Assembly: GCA_951406725.2 (NCBI GenBank)
Contig: OX597827.1
Span: 12,462,001-12,526,000 of the forward strand
Origin: Octopus vulgaris
Lineage: Eukaryota
Reading direction: 5' to 3'
Length of the DNA: 64,000 bases
Shown here: positions 1 through 12,869 of the stretch, in pieces
Layout of the letters: every line of letters begins with the position of its first letter
Numbering within the stretch: the first letter of the stretch is position 1
Made by a program: the position numbers and the translations under genes
Notes under the pieces: model-generated
Told to the model about the DNA's origin: nothing
Database searches by the model: none
What the model saw: only the letters and a program-made list of their open reading frames with translations

Positions 1-260
1 CCCATGAAAGTGACATGTAAAAGGCACCCATGAAAGTGACATGTAAAAGGTACCCATGAAAGTGACATGTAAAAGGTACCCATGAAAGTGACATGTAAAA
101 GGCACCCATGAAAGTGACATGTAAAAGGCACCCATGAAAGTGACATGTAAAAGGCACCCATGAAAGTGACATGTAAAAGGCACCCATGAAAGTGACATGT
201 AAAAGGCACCCATGAAAGTGACATGTAAAAGGCACCCATGAAAGTGACATGTAAAAGGCA
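1..260. repeat. 26-bp minisatellite (CCCATGAAAGTGACATGTAAAAGGCA) x10, open at the window edge
   Basis: Ten near-identical 26-bp units read directly. The unit resembles the internal TGGCACGTAAAAAGCACCCA module of the SINE it runs into. Confidence 0.95.
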
Positions 261-430
261 CCCACTTGAAGTGGTTGGTGTTAGGAAGGGCATCCAGCCA
301 TAGAAACAAAACCAGTTTACCAGTTCCAGTCAGACCATCTAACCCATGCCAACACAACAAACGGATGCTAAATGATGATGATGATGATGATGATGACGAT
401 GATGATGATGATGATGATTATGATGATGAC

Positions 431-462
<32 letters not shown>

Positions 463-463
463 C

Positions 464-495
<32 letters not shown>

Positions 496-541
496 CGATG
501 ATGATGATGATGATGATTATGATGATGACGATGATGACGAC
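261..541 (+). mobile_element. SINE family B 3' part with (GAT)n tail
   Basis: GTTGGTGTTAGGAAGGGCATCCAGC...AACCCATGCCA...(GAT)n, shared with copies at 6870, 36104, 39180 and 61294. Confidence 0.8.
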
Positions 542-1556
542 TTTATTTACATTATGTAGATTGTTGCTGATAATGAGGTGATTTAGCACAGCTGAGTGAA
601 CATCCAGCCTGTTCTGCCAACAGTACTTTTTGACACCGGAGGAAAACATACACACACACACACATGCAAGCACATGCACACACGCACAGGATTATACACA
701 TAGAGGTAGAAAGAGTGAGAGATAGAGAAGGGGAAGAGAGAAAGAGAAAGAGAGAGAGACATTACAATTTATTAACTAAACAGAATTGATATAAACACTC
801 TTACTCTCCTCAGACATGTAAAGAGAAATATGTTCATACACATAAAGGGAGAGAGAGTGAGAGAGAAGGTGAGAGAAGGAGGGTGGGAGAGAGAGAAAGA
901 GGGAAAGGGAGAAACAGAAAGAGAGAGACAGAGAGAGAGAGTAGATATGGGAATGATATTACAAATCAATTATTGAACACTTCCTCTCTTGACATGGACA
1001 TAAAGAGAAAATATGCTCACACATATAAACAAAGTGAGGGAGAGAGAGAGAGAGAGAGTGGGGTAAGGAGGATGAGAACAAGAGAAGCCTTAAAATGTCT
1101 AATGTCAAATAAGTCAGCATCAAATCAACAATGCCGTATAAACAGGGCCGAAACAGCTGTGTCAAAAGTCTCATGGCTAATTGTTGCAATGAAAATATGT
1201 CTGTTTTCTGTTTTATATCGAAGATTTCCCCATTTCAAGATACCACTATTTCTAATCTGCCCATTCTTTATATTTTGGACACTGAATCTAAGGAGATTCT
1301 TGCACCAGTATTTGTATATATAAGCACAAATGTGGCCATGTGGTGAAGAGGTTTGCCTCCCAATCATGACGGTTTGGGATTTAGTCCCACAGTGCAGCAT
1401 CTTAGGTAAGGGTCAGGTGAGAAGTGACCAAATCCTTGTGAGTAGATTTGGTAGAAAAAACGGAGAGAAGCCTCTTACAGGTATACATACATACATATAT
1501 ATATATATAAATAAAACTTACTTGGAAGAAGAAGAAAATGACGCGTGCGTTCAATC

Positions 1557-1696
1557 ATATAATAAAAATTTAATAAATAAAGCATATGCATACATACATA
1601 TATGTACATACCTACATCTATGTGTATATATACATATAGATGTAGGTATGTACATATATGTATATATGTATGCATATGTTTTATTTATTAAATTGT

Positions 1697-1704
<8 letters not shown>
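1557..1704. repeat. Near-perfect spacerless palindrome (~148 bp)
   Basis: Arms pair around 1628/1629 with about 3 mismatches and one 4-nt indel. The same arm sequence occurs at 25588-25680. Confidence 0.85.
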
Positions 1705-1752
<48 letters not shown>

Positions 1753-2413
1753 ACATACATATGAATGTTTCTATGTATGTAAATAAATGTGTGTGTGTGA
1801 GTACGTGGATGTGTGTGTGTGCCCCAGCATGACCACAGCCTTAGTGCTGACACGTATTAAAGAATAAATATGAGATGCTGAGAGTGAAAAGTATTTTCCT
1901 TTATTGAACTAAATTTTTTTTATAGTGTCCATTGCTTAACACATGTGCCTAAGTGAAAATACATATCACCTACTCACTTGAAAATTGATATTTGTCTATA
2001 AGGATTAATTCAGCCTAAACTGTAGATTCACAAGAAAGATGGGTGCAAGCTACTCGAGAAAGGATGCATAGATATAGATCAGAGAAGAACCGTGAGAAGA
2101 TTTAATAAAAAGAGGAAAATATAACACCAATGGAGATGTGAGGAAATGGGTGTAGATGAAATATATTTAAATAAAGATAGACTAAGGATGTTATAAAAAT
2201 ACGAATCATCCTTTCTTTCTTAAATAGATCCTCTTAGTTTTTTTTTCATTCTGTGGAGTTTACACAAGTCCCACTAGTATTACTGTAATATAAATAGTCA
2301 CACTCATTTGCAATCTTCAAAAAACATATCTCACCATTCTGCTGTTTGTGTTTAAAAGACCAGAGGAAATATCACCGAACTTGGAAATAAGTGAAGTACA
2401 CAAACAAAAAAAC

Positions 2414-2801
2414 CTTGCATCCCCAAAATCCATCCCCTCCTCACCGTGGTGGGGACACTGGCAATGGGTAGTGTCAGAGCTATGCCGTCGAGAACTTCCA
2501 TTCTTGATAGGGCCACCCAAGGCGGATTGGTCTGACACCGAGTGGTATTAGGGCCACAACCCGGCAGACGGGGCAGCTCTGGTGAAAATCCTCGGAGTGT
2601 CTGCTTCGGCAACCGGCAGCTTCTTGGTCGTTCTGTCCCTGCATCTGCGGACAATCTTCGGCAAACAGGATGTCTCCACATGTGGGATTGTTGGGGACCG
2701 CTTGTGAAATCCACATATTCCCACAAAACTTCTTTCATGAGTAGAAGAAGCCGATTCAACCCGCCCAGGGTGAATGTCACCACAAGTGCAAGTAAGTACA
2801 T
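2414..2801 (-). CDS. Candidate coding exon of unknown product (MYLLALVV...MWRHPVCRRLSADAGTERPRSCRLP...)
   Basis: Unique, GC/CpG-rich island in an AT-rich background with an open minus frame (2801-2352). Possible donors ACG|GTGAGG (2445) or AAG|GTTTTT (2414). No recognised domain, and a competing plus-strand donor CAA|GTAAGT exists at ~2791. Confidence 0.35.
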
Positions 2802-3456
2802 AGAAAATTTGTCTGGGTCAATTTCATTTGGCCAACATATTCACGAAATGGCGGACATTGAGAATGATGATGTAACGTTAACAGTCAGGAATTTCTCACC
2901 AAATGTCATATATTTTCTTTGAATCGAAGCAATTTTTCCAATGGTTTTCTCTTTTGCCTTGTCTTATTTTGAGCATCTGTGGTTCAGGAAGTTTTTACTC
3001 AACACAAATGCTTAGTTCAACTTGACATACCTAGATAGAATTCTGCTTTGAGGCTTCTAGCTGATAAAAGCTAGAGATAACAACATATTAGCTCTTGCTA
3101 TTCAGCAGGTTTTAACTTTCTTGTCATGTCACCAGCATTACAGGACCTTGAGGAATTTCTCTTCCGTTCTTAAAGGCTTAAAACGGCCATTTAGTTTATT
3201 GAAATCTCGTATGGAACTTTACTTATGCTAAGTCAGCTGTTGCTTATTGAATCCAGTTCACTTTTATCACAATTGAATAGCCTACACCCACCACTGAGTT
3301 AAATTAACAATACATATGATAGAAGAAATCTTTCTGAAAATATTCCCAAACTATATATTTGGAAACAATGCTTGACTTTTTGTGACATAGGTTTTGTTAC
3401 GGTTACATGTCATATGCCGTGTGTCAAAAAAAACAAATAAAAGACCAAAGGTCCTT

Positions 3457-3667
3457 CTCTCTTTTTACTCTTTTACTTGTTTCAGTCATTTGACTGCGGC
3501 CATGCTGGAGCACCGCCTTTAGTCGAGCAAATCGACCCCGAGACTTATTCTTTGTAAGCCCAGTACTTATTCTGTCGGTCTCTTTTGCTGAACCGCTAAG
3601 TGACAGGGACGTAAACACACCAGCATCGGTTGTCAAGCAATGCTAGGGGGACAAACACAGACACACA

Positions 3668-3709
<42 letters not shown>

Positions 3710-3886
3710 CATATACATATATATGACAGGCTTCTTTCAGTTTCCGTCTACCAAATCCACTCACAAGGCATTGGTTGGCCCGGGGCTATAGCAGAAGACA
3801 CTTGCCCAAGATGCCACGCAGTGGGACTGAACCCGGAACCATGTGGTTGGTTAGCAAGCTACTTACCACACAGCCACTCCTGCGCC
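3457..3886 (-). mobile_element. tRNA-derived SINE family A, full length
   Basis: Head GGCGCAGGAGTGGCTGTGTGGTAAG (box A) and GGTTCAGTCCC (box B), internal (TA)/(TG) tract, tail AAACAAGTAAAAGAG. More than 10 copies in the window. Confidence 0.9.
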
Positions 3887-3949
3887 ATTCCTTCCTGGAA
3901 TATAATTTCATAAAGCTGGTTACCTATATTCTGTCATGTATATATTTCC

Positions 3950-4125
3950 CCTCCTAGATGGGACATTGGTCTGTCACAGGAGTACTCACTTTTGCCAGCT
4001 GAGTATAGGGGAGCAACAATGTGAAATTAAGTGTTTTGATCAAGAACAAAATAGCATTCTATCCAGGAATCAAAACCACTCCACAATCTTATGATCCCGA
4101 GTGTAATACCCTAACCACTAAGCAG
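3950..4125 (-). mobile_element. SINE family E, degenerate
   Basis: Similarity to the tRNA-like head and TGTTCTTGAGCAAG..ACTT..ATTTCAC..TGCTCC core of the 8535 and 61860 copies. Confidence 0.55.
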
Positions 4126-4134
4126 TATGTATTA

Positions 4135-4294
4135 TGCACGTATATGTGTATGTATGGATGTGTATATATGTGCATGTATATATATGTATTTATATATATG
4201 TGTATATATATATATGTGAGAATATATATGTATATATATATATATATATATATTCATGTATATGTGTGTGTGTGTATTGGTGTATATACATATA

Positions 4295-4334
<40 letters not shown>

Positions 4335-4458
4335 GTGTATATGTATATATATATGAGTGTGTATATGTATGTATATATATAATTATATATACACACATGC
4401 ATATATAAAAAAACATACATTAGATGTATTTCTCTATACATCTCTCTCTATATATATG

Positions 4459-4489
<31 letters not shown>

Positions 4490-4491
4490 TT

Positions 4492-4522
<31 letters not shown>

Positions 4523-4790
4523 CATGTATAGATTTGTGTGCGTGTGTGTATGTGCATACACACACATATATATATATATAAATATATACATACATGCATG
4601 CCTGCATGCATACATACATACATACATGCATACATACATACATACATACATATACATACATACACACACACACACACACATACATACATACACACACATA
4701 CATACATACATACACACATACACAAACACACTACATACATACACACATACACACTACATACATACATACATACATATACACATACATGTA
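4135..4790. repeat. Compound (TA)/(TG)/(CATA) microsatellite
   Basis: Read directly. Confidence 0.95.
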
Positions 4791-5426
4791 CAGAGAGAGA
4801 TGGGGGTAGAAAGATAGAAATATATATATATATACATATCTGTACATGTGAATATGAGAGAAAGAAAGAAACTGGCAGAAACACAGAGAGAAATAATTTT
4901 TATTGCAAAAATCTAGAAATTCCATTCCAGAGGTATTTTTAAATGTTTATTTTTATCCTATAAATTAAAATATGAACACTGCCTTTTTTTTTTTTTTTCA
5001 TGCAGTAATTTTTTTTATAAATTGTATATATATATTACAGTTTTTGTTGCATTTTGTATGCTTGTTATTGGGCAGAAAAAAATCTTTTATCTGCTTTTGT
5101 GCAGATATCTGAAATATTTGGATTATCACAGATTAATTCTTTATCATCGAAATGTCCCAAGAGACTTCATGAAAGGAAAACAATAAGTAATATATCTTAG
5201 ACAAGATTCAGATGAAAGAGTATTATTGATAAATAATTCATGAAATATATATATAAATCTACTTACAATTTACTCATCATTACCGTGTATGTGTGTGTGT
5301 GTGTGTGTGGGTATGTATGTGCATATATATACATTATATACATACATACATACTGTATGGCTGATAAACTTGCTTGCCACATGTGAGGGTATTTTAACAA
5401 TACCATCCTATCTTATATTTATTGAG

Positions 5427-5483
<57 letters not shown>

Positions 5484-5529
5484 AGCATATATATCATCAT
5501 CATCATCATCATCATCATCGTGATATTCT

Positions 5530-6062
5530 ATTTTCTTTTACTTGTTTCAGTCATTTGACTGCAGCCATTGTGAGGCACTGCCCGGAAGGGTTTCAGCAGA
5601 ACGAATCGACCCCGAGAACTTATTAATTTTTTGTTTTTTGTTTTAAACCTAGTTCTTATTTCATTAACCTCTTTGACTGAGTTGCTAAGTTACAGGGATG
5701 TAAACATACCAACACCGGTTGGGGGACAAACATATACACAGATAAATATACATATATATATATATATATGTGTGTATATATATATATAAGTACAAAGTGA
5801 GATAGGGGTTATGAGTGTAACCCACTATGGGATATCATTTATCCAATATACTGCCAGTAAAGTACCCAAAAGGCTAATACATAGATGCTTACAATTGCAA
5901 TGCAATTAGTTCATTTACTGTAGTATATGGGCGAAGGTAAAACGTTTTACCTCAAATTCATAATACAAAATAAGAAAACGGAGGAATCAATTCCTTTTCA
6001 AGGTATTATTTGTAAGTTGATGATTGAAAGGAATCTATTCCTCCATTTTATATATATATATT

Positions 6063-6132
<70 letters not shown>

Positions 6133-6290
6133 ATAGGCTTCTTTTAGCTTCTGTCTGCAAAATCTATCAACGAGGCTTTGGTCAGCCCAAGACTATAGTA
6201 GAAGACTCTTGCCCAACGTTCCACGCAGTGGGACTGAACCTAGAGCCATGTGGTTGGGAAGCAAGTTTCTTACCACTCAGCCACACCTGC
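5530..6290 (-). mobile_element. SINE family A, degenerate, interrupted at ~5790-6050 by a hairpin-containing insert
   Basis: The 3' half is at 5530-5740 and the 5' half at 6135-6290. The insert has the palindrome AGGTAAAACGTTTTACCT (5935-5952) and an inverted repeat 5975-6000/6026-6049. Confidence 0.7.
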
Positions 6291-6294
6291 ATCT

Positions 6295-6344
<50 letters not shown>

Positions 6345-6515
6345 TGCACATGTACATATACATACACATGCATTCACCCATACACAGAAATATATGTATA
6401 TGTATGTGAAGCTAATCAAAAAACACACATTGTTACTAAATGTATGATCCATAATATATTTCAGATCTATAGAAGGAGCAGGTTCGCGAGAGAGGTGAAT
6501 AATAAATAAACAAAC

Positions 6516-6810
6516 AATAACAGATGGATAATGTGTCAATTCACTACAGCTGTTTCCAACACATTCTTAATTGTTTAATGGAGACATTACATCATTAGAA
6601 AAAAAAAAATTTTTCATTGGGTGAATACATGAACCACAGCATTCAAAAACATTCAAAATCCAACAGGATGTGCATTTTAATGATTCTGTTATCCTTGTTG
6701 TATAAACCTAATGAAGACGGTTTTTTTTTAATGGTGCAATGTCTCCATTAATCAATGAAAAATTCGTTGGAAACAGCTGTAGTGAATTGACACATTATCC
6801 ATCTGTTATT
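6516..6810. mobile_element. Fold-back element with a degenerate hammerhead motif in each arm (probably Penelope-like-element derived)
   Basis: Perfect 45-bp inverted repeat 6516-6560/6766-6810, continuing imperfectly inward. The arm reads (TTCAC)CTAATGA...GAAA-CAGCTG-TA-GTGAA. Confidence 0.75.
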
Positions 6811-6869
6811 AGTTATTCATTTATCTCTCTCTCTCTCTCCATATATCTAGATATTGATACATATGCATT

Positions 6870-7195
6870 GGACCTCACAGAGGCAGTGACAAGTAACCAA
6901 GACCTTGGGTAATATATCATGCTTAAGAAGACCGGTCAAGCCAAAGGAGATTGCAGTATTGGCCGATGCTGGTGTTTCATAACTGGCACCCATGCCAGTG
7001 GCAAGCAAAAAGCACCCACTACACTCTTAGAATAGTTGGCCTTAGGAAGGGTATCCAGCTGTAGAAACCATGCCAAATCAGACTGGAATCTGGTGCAGTT
7101 CCCCAGCCTACCAGCTTACAGTCAAACTATTCAACCCATGCCAGCATGGAAAGCAGACATTAAATTATGATGATGATGATGATGATGATAATGAT
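6870..7195 (+). mobile_element. SINE family B with (GAT)n tail
   Basis: Shared core TTAGGAAGGG.ATCCAGCTGTAGAAAC...CAACCCATGCCAGCATGGAAAGC. Confidence 0.8.
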
Positions 7196-7209
7196 ACATA
7201 ATTACAGGC

Positions 7210-7599
7210 TTGGATGGAAGCACTCTGTCGGTTACGACGATGAGGGTTCCGGTTGATCCGAATCAACGGAACAGCCTGCTCATGAAATTAACGTGTAAGT
7301 GGCTGAGCACTCCACAGACACGTGCACCCTTAACGTAGTTCTCGGGGATATTCAGCGTGACACAGAGAGTGACAAGACTGGCCCTTTGAAATACAGGTAC
7401 AACAGAAACAGGAAGTAAGAGTGAGAGAAAGTTGTGGTGAAAGAGTACAGCAGGAATCACCACCATCCCCTGCCAGAGCCTCGTGGAGCTTTAGGTGTTT
7501 TCGTTCAATAAACACTCACAACGCCCAGTCTGGGAATCGAAACCGTGATCCTATGACCGCGAGTCCACTGCCCTAACCACTGGGCCATTGCGCCTCCAC
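7210..7599 (-). mobile_element. tRNA-derived SINE family C, full length, 10-bp TSD
   Basis: Minus-strand head GTGGAGGCGCAATGGCCCAGTGGTTAGGGCAG...GGTTTCGATTCCC. TSD AATTACAGGC at 7200-7209 and 7600-7609. Confidence 0.92.
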
Positions 7600-8534
7600 A
7601 ATTACAGGCATACAAATGTGTATGTATACGTGTGTGTGTGTGTCTGTGTGTGTGTATGAAACACAGAAAGCAGTCAAATCATTAGTCCATCGAAACGTAT
7701 GAATCTTAAACTATGTTAAGTGTTAACTTTCACTTTGTGTATACAAACTGTGACATTTTTATATACACCCACACATATACACATATTTATAAACAATTTC
7801 ATTCATTTATGGCTGGACAAAATGACATATATATGCTTGTATACATCCTCACGCTCCACTGTACATACATAGACATATATATATATGTATGTATGGATAC
7901 ACACACACACTAACACACACACACACACACGCACACACACACACACACGCACATACACACACACACGCACATACACACACACACACACGTAATTGATTCT
8001 CATGTTTAAAATGTTTGCAACCATTTATATAACTCAACTGACTGACACAGTTCAAATCTATTCAGACATGATAAATTACAGAGAAAATTGCTAATGGTTA
8101 CTCGTGTCAAACATGTAATCATTATAGAAATGCTTTCATAAGGTTCTGTAAAAGTTTTCCGCATGTGAACACATGGTATTTGTACGGTGCCAATCATTGT
8201 GACAAGCAACCATTGCTAAGTAGTGGTATTTGATGCTAACTGGAAACCTAAAGACTACATTGGCTACATGACTTCAGGTCAATGGAAAGAAATGAGAGGT
8301 GGTCAGAAGAAATTGAGAAGTTGCATGGCCACTTTGTATATTAGATTATAATTTAGAAATGAAAATTTAAGGATGGTAGACTGGTGCAGTATGGCATTAT
8401 GTAGTGGTGTAGCCAGGTTCTAAACTTAGGGGGAGTGAGCACATATAAAAAATGGTGCCACAATATATACCAAGCAATTTTTAACTCATTTTTCTTATAT
8501 TACACGAAATATTTCATTAGTTATAAAATACGTG

Positions 8535-8815
8535 TGAAGACACATGACTCACTGGTTAGAGCATCGAGCTTACGATCATGAGGTTGTGAGTTCGAATCCT
8601 GGACTGGGCTACGTGTTGTGTTCTTGAGCAAGGCACTTTATTTCACGTTGCTCCAGTTCACTCAGCTGTAGAAATGAGTTGTGACATCACAGGTGCCAAG
8701 ATGTATCGGCCCCTTTGCCTTTCCCTTGGATAGCATCAGTGGCATGGAGAGGGGAGACTGGTATGCATGGGCGACTGATGGTCTTCCATAAACAACGACT
8801 GCTGGTCTTCCATAA
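8535..8815 (+). mobile_element. tRNA-derived SINE family E
   Basis: Box A/B head (TGGTTAGAGC...GAGTTCGAATCC). The body matches 61860-62192. Confidence 0.8.
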
Positions 8816-8878
8816 CCTCAGGCTGACCAAAGCCCTGTGAGTGGATTTGGTAGACAGAAACTGAAATAAGCCCATCGT

Positions 8879-9048
8879 ATCATCATCATCATTTAACGTC
8901 CGCTTTCCATGCTAGCATGGGTTGGACGATTTGACTGAGGCCTGGCGAACCAGACTCCAATCTGATCTGGTAGAGTTTCTACAGCTGGATACTCTTCCTA
9001 ACGCCAACCACTCCGAGAGTGTAGCGGATGCTTTTACGTGCCACCGGC
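8879..9048 (-). mobile_element. SINE family B 3' part nested among family A fragments
   Basis: (CAT)n-TTTAACGTCCGCTTTCCATGCTAGCATGGGTTGGACG. Confidence 0.8.
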
Positions 9049-9289
9049 TATGATCAACCCAAAGCTATAGTAGAAGACATTTGCCCAATGTACTACGCAG
9101 CAGTATTGAACCTGAAACCATATGGTTGGGAAAAAAACTTCTTAACACATGACTACACCTCTGCCTACCACGACTGCTGGAGGATTTTCATCCACAGCTG
9201 ATGTGTTTCTGTGTTTTTTAACACTACGACTTCAAGAGATACTTTCAAGAGACAAATACCACATTTTAACAGGCTCACAACAATATATA

Positions 9290-9533
9290 TTCTTTCATTC
9301 TTTTATTTGTTTCCATCATTTTGACTGCAGCCATGCCTGGAAGAAGGTTTTTAGCACTAATCTTTCCCGTTATCCTTTAGTCGAACAAATCAACCCCAGG
9401 ACTTATGCTTTGTAAGCCTAGCACTTATTCTATAGGTTGCTTTGCTGAACTGCTAAGCTATGGGGACGTAAACACACCAACATTGGTTGTCAATCGATGG
9501 TAGCGGGACAAACAGATACACAAATATACATAG

Positions 9534-9566
<33 letters not shown>

Positions 9567-9740
9567 TATATGACGGTCTTCTTTCAGTTTCCGTCTACTA
9601 AATCCACTCACAAGGATTTGGTCAGCTCGAGGCTATAGTAGAAAACACTTGTCCAAGGTGCAAGGTGCCATGCTGTGGGACTGAACCAAGAACCATGTGG
9701 TTGATAAGCAAGGTACTTACCACACAGCCACTTCTGCACT
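9290..9740 (-). mobile_element. SINE family A carrying a 47-bp templated patch (9334-9380)
   Basis: Family A head and tail are present. The patch matches 10921-10967. Confidence 0.85.
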
Positions 9741-11343
9741 TTTAAGTATATATGTATATCCTGCACCTTTAAATATACATGTATCAGATTGATACATATA
9801 TCTGTGTGTATGTGTGTGTCTGTGTCTGCTTGTGTGTGTGTGTGTTTCTGTATGTGTGTGTGTGTATTTGTGAGTGTGTGCATATGCATGTTCACAGCCT
9901 ATATTTAGTTGCATATGCAACTAAATATTTTGGTGTATATTGCTGGTTGTCTTTAGTTCAAAAGAATGTCAGTTCATTTTCACTAGCCTTTTGCTGAAAT
10001 AAGCAAAGTTATAGAAAAAGATTTTAACCATTTATAACTAAGAGTTGTCTTTCTTGCTTTTTTAATAAAGATTATCATTAACGCTTACGGTCTATTATTT
10101 TTATATTATTGATTTAAAAATTGATTACCAATTTTTCTGGTTCACCACATTACGTTAGTCTCACTTAACTGCGTATTTCCTTTAGAAGACATCAAAATCT
10201 GTTTTCTTGACTGTAAAATACTTTTCTTAGCGGTATGTCAAACATTTAGATTTGTTCCCAAAGAATAATATTAAAATAGTTCTTTAATATGAGAATGTTA
10301 TCTTGGCATGATAAGACTGGGAATTGATTGAAAAAGATATATTGTATGTCAATGAAACCAGATAAATGTGTCTTGAAATCACAGTAGCCTACTAATAATT
10401 CTGTATAATGTAGCCAGTTTAGTAAAGCCAGACAACAGCCAAAACCTTTGAATTGCCAGTAAAAACAGACGCTGCAATTATTTCTTTCCCTTATTGTGTG
10501 CATGGAAGTGGTGGTGGTGGTGGTGGTGGTGGTGGTGGTGGTGGTGGTGGGGGCATTCAAAGCACATAGCCAGATAGATCGGCATTCATGATATGACACA
10601 CACCGTAGTAGATCAATATTCAGCTGTTCTGAGTTATTCTGATCTTAATTGTCTCTTTTTATTTCCAATATTTTGATAGATGTGTTCTTCTGTCAACATC
10701 AGGGTACATATTCTGTTTATTTCTAAGGTTACATTTTCATTTAAATGAATATGATACCGAGAACAAATAAATAAATAAATAAATAAACTAAATAACTAAC
10801 TAACTAAATAAAATAAATAAAATAAATATAAAAGCTAAGGATAACAATGTGAAAACAAAGAGACTGATTGATGCCGTTATTATTGGCTTTCAATGTTTCT
10901 GGAAGAAAATTGTATCTCGGTGCCTAGAAGAAGGTTTATAGCATTGATCTTTCCTGTTATCCTTTAGATTAACTTTGAATCCTTATGAATTTGATTGAAA
11001 AGAATACTGGCCGTTTTTGTAATCTCGGCACTGTCGGTTCCATTGAATCACTTCTGGCTGAGTTTCAAATGGCATTGCCCATCAAACTCTTTTACTCACC
11101 ACCTGCCAGCCACGTTTCTATCTTCATTTCATTATGGTGCTTTCGCTAAATGGTTCTATTTACTCTGAGATTTATCCTGGCTGCCTTTATACAAAATTTC
11201 CTTATTATAAATTTAGAATGTAACTACTCAGAGTCCACAGAACAAAGCTACATGTCACAACTATATTTACAGTATATACTATTACAAAGAACCATAACAA
11301 TACAATTGAAAGTTTATACACTCATATATTATGATATATTATA

Positions 11344-11407
<64 letters not shown>

Positions 11408-11452
11408 GCATGTAAATATATATATACATACATACATATATATATATATGTG

Positions 11453-11496
<44 letters not shown>

Positions 11497-11505
11497 TTAT
11501 GTATG

Positions 11506-11546
<41 letters not shown>

Positions 11547-11842
11547 TTATGCTCTAATTTAACTAAACTCTATGTCTTTGTGCAGCTGAAGATTGCTCTA
11601 CATTTTAAATTGATGTAATGATTGCATTATTCAATTAAATGGAATTGCATGAAAGGATTGCACTGCATTACCTCTGGATATCCTTGTTGCTTATTTTCAT
11701 TTTAATCACCTTATTTTGAAATTGTATGGATAATAACGTAATAATTTCTGGTGCCTCAACTTAAGTACCATATTCATCTGAATCTAAATTTTTGCTGTAT
11801 GTATTTATGTATATAAATATATATTTATATATATATATATTA

Positions 11843-11917
<75 letters not shown>

Positions 11918-11923
11918 AATATA

Positions 11924-11961
<38 letters not shown>

Positions 11962-12163
11962 GAAAGAGAGAGAGAGAGGGAAAGATACATATATATCATA
12001 TATTTTATATATGTGTATATGTATGTATGCATATATGTGTGTGTGTGAGTGTGTGTGTGTGTGTGTGTGTGCTCCAGCATGGCTGCAGTCAAATGATTGA
12101 AACAAATAGCCGTGTGATAAGATAAATAGACGGATAGATAGATACATATTCTTTTATTTGTTT

Positions 12164-12194
<31 letters not shown>

Positions 12195-12196
<2 letters not shown>

Positions 12197-12787
12197 AGGT
12201 GAAGTCAAAAATTATCTCCACTGTCACCATAACATACCTTTATTATTGTCACACTGCCTTCTGCATATGGTGCTTATAGTTTGTACTATTCGGGTTACAT
12301 GACCGAAGTTTGAGCCTGATCAAACCATTTTTCTGTCCGACTTTACAGTGTAAGCATGGCCACTCCACTAGCAATGTGTACCAAAGAAGAACAAAGGGAA
12401 GTGACCCAAGAGATGGTAACGGTGAATAGGTTGACGGGTGTCCTGTCCCCTCTTTTTGCATCATGCTTGTCTGGCTTCTTTTAAACTTCTACACAGTAGT
12501 ACATTGTCCCTGCATTATGCTGAAAGCCTCTGGTGAATTTTAGCAGCTGACACATCTTCCAACCAGAGAAATTGAATCACTGTTCTTTGTTCTTCTTTGG
12601 TGCACATTGCTAATGGAGTGACCATGCTTACACTGTAAAGCCAGAAAGAAAACTAGTGTGATCATTCTCAAACTTTGATCACATGACCACAATTGTAGCA
12701 ACTATAAGCATGCATGTGCACAAGTCAGTGTGACAATAATAAAGATATGTTATGGCAAAAGTGCAGATAATTTTTGACTTCCTCCCA
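12195..12787. mobile_element. Tc1/mariner-derived MITE made of two head-to-head 5' ends (~210-bp inverted arms, TA TSD)
   Basis: TA|CAAGGTGAAGTCAAAAATTATCT...AGATAATTTTTGACTTCCTCCCA|TA. The arms encode the transposase start M.TPLAMCTKEEQR.V; the minus arm continues IQFLWLEDVSAAKIHQRLSA*...GTGHPST (mariner N-terminal HTH). Confidence 0.85.
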
Positions 12788-12792
12788 TATAT

Positions 12793-12865
<73 letters not shown>

Positions 12866-12869
12866 AATA

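Noticed and set aside
1-260. CRISPR-like array (also 39210-39360 and 49381-50119)
   Set aside because: No unique spacers, no cas genes, eukaryotic context. Explained by SINE-derived tandem repeats.
2414-2790. Selenoprotein or readthrough reading through in-frame TGA (plus frame GGLV*HRVV; minus Cys-rich frame)
   Set aside because: No recognisable selenoprotein motif or SECIS. Isolated TGAs are expected by chance.
11100-11127. Micro first exon MKIETWLAG with GTG|GTGAGT donor (similar isolated donors at 1978, 3030, 52188)
   Set aside because: Donor-like motifs with weak acceptors or stops; not distinguishable from chance without RNA data.
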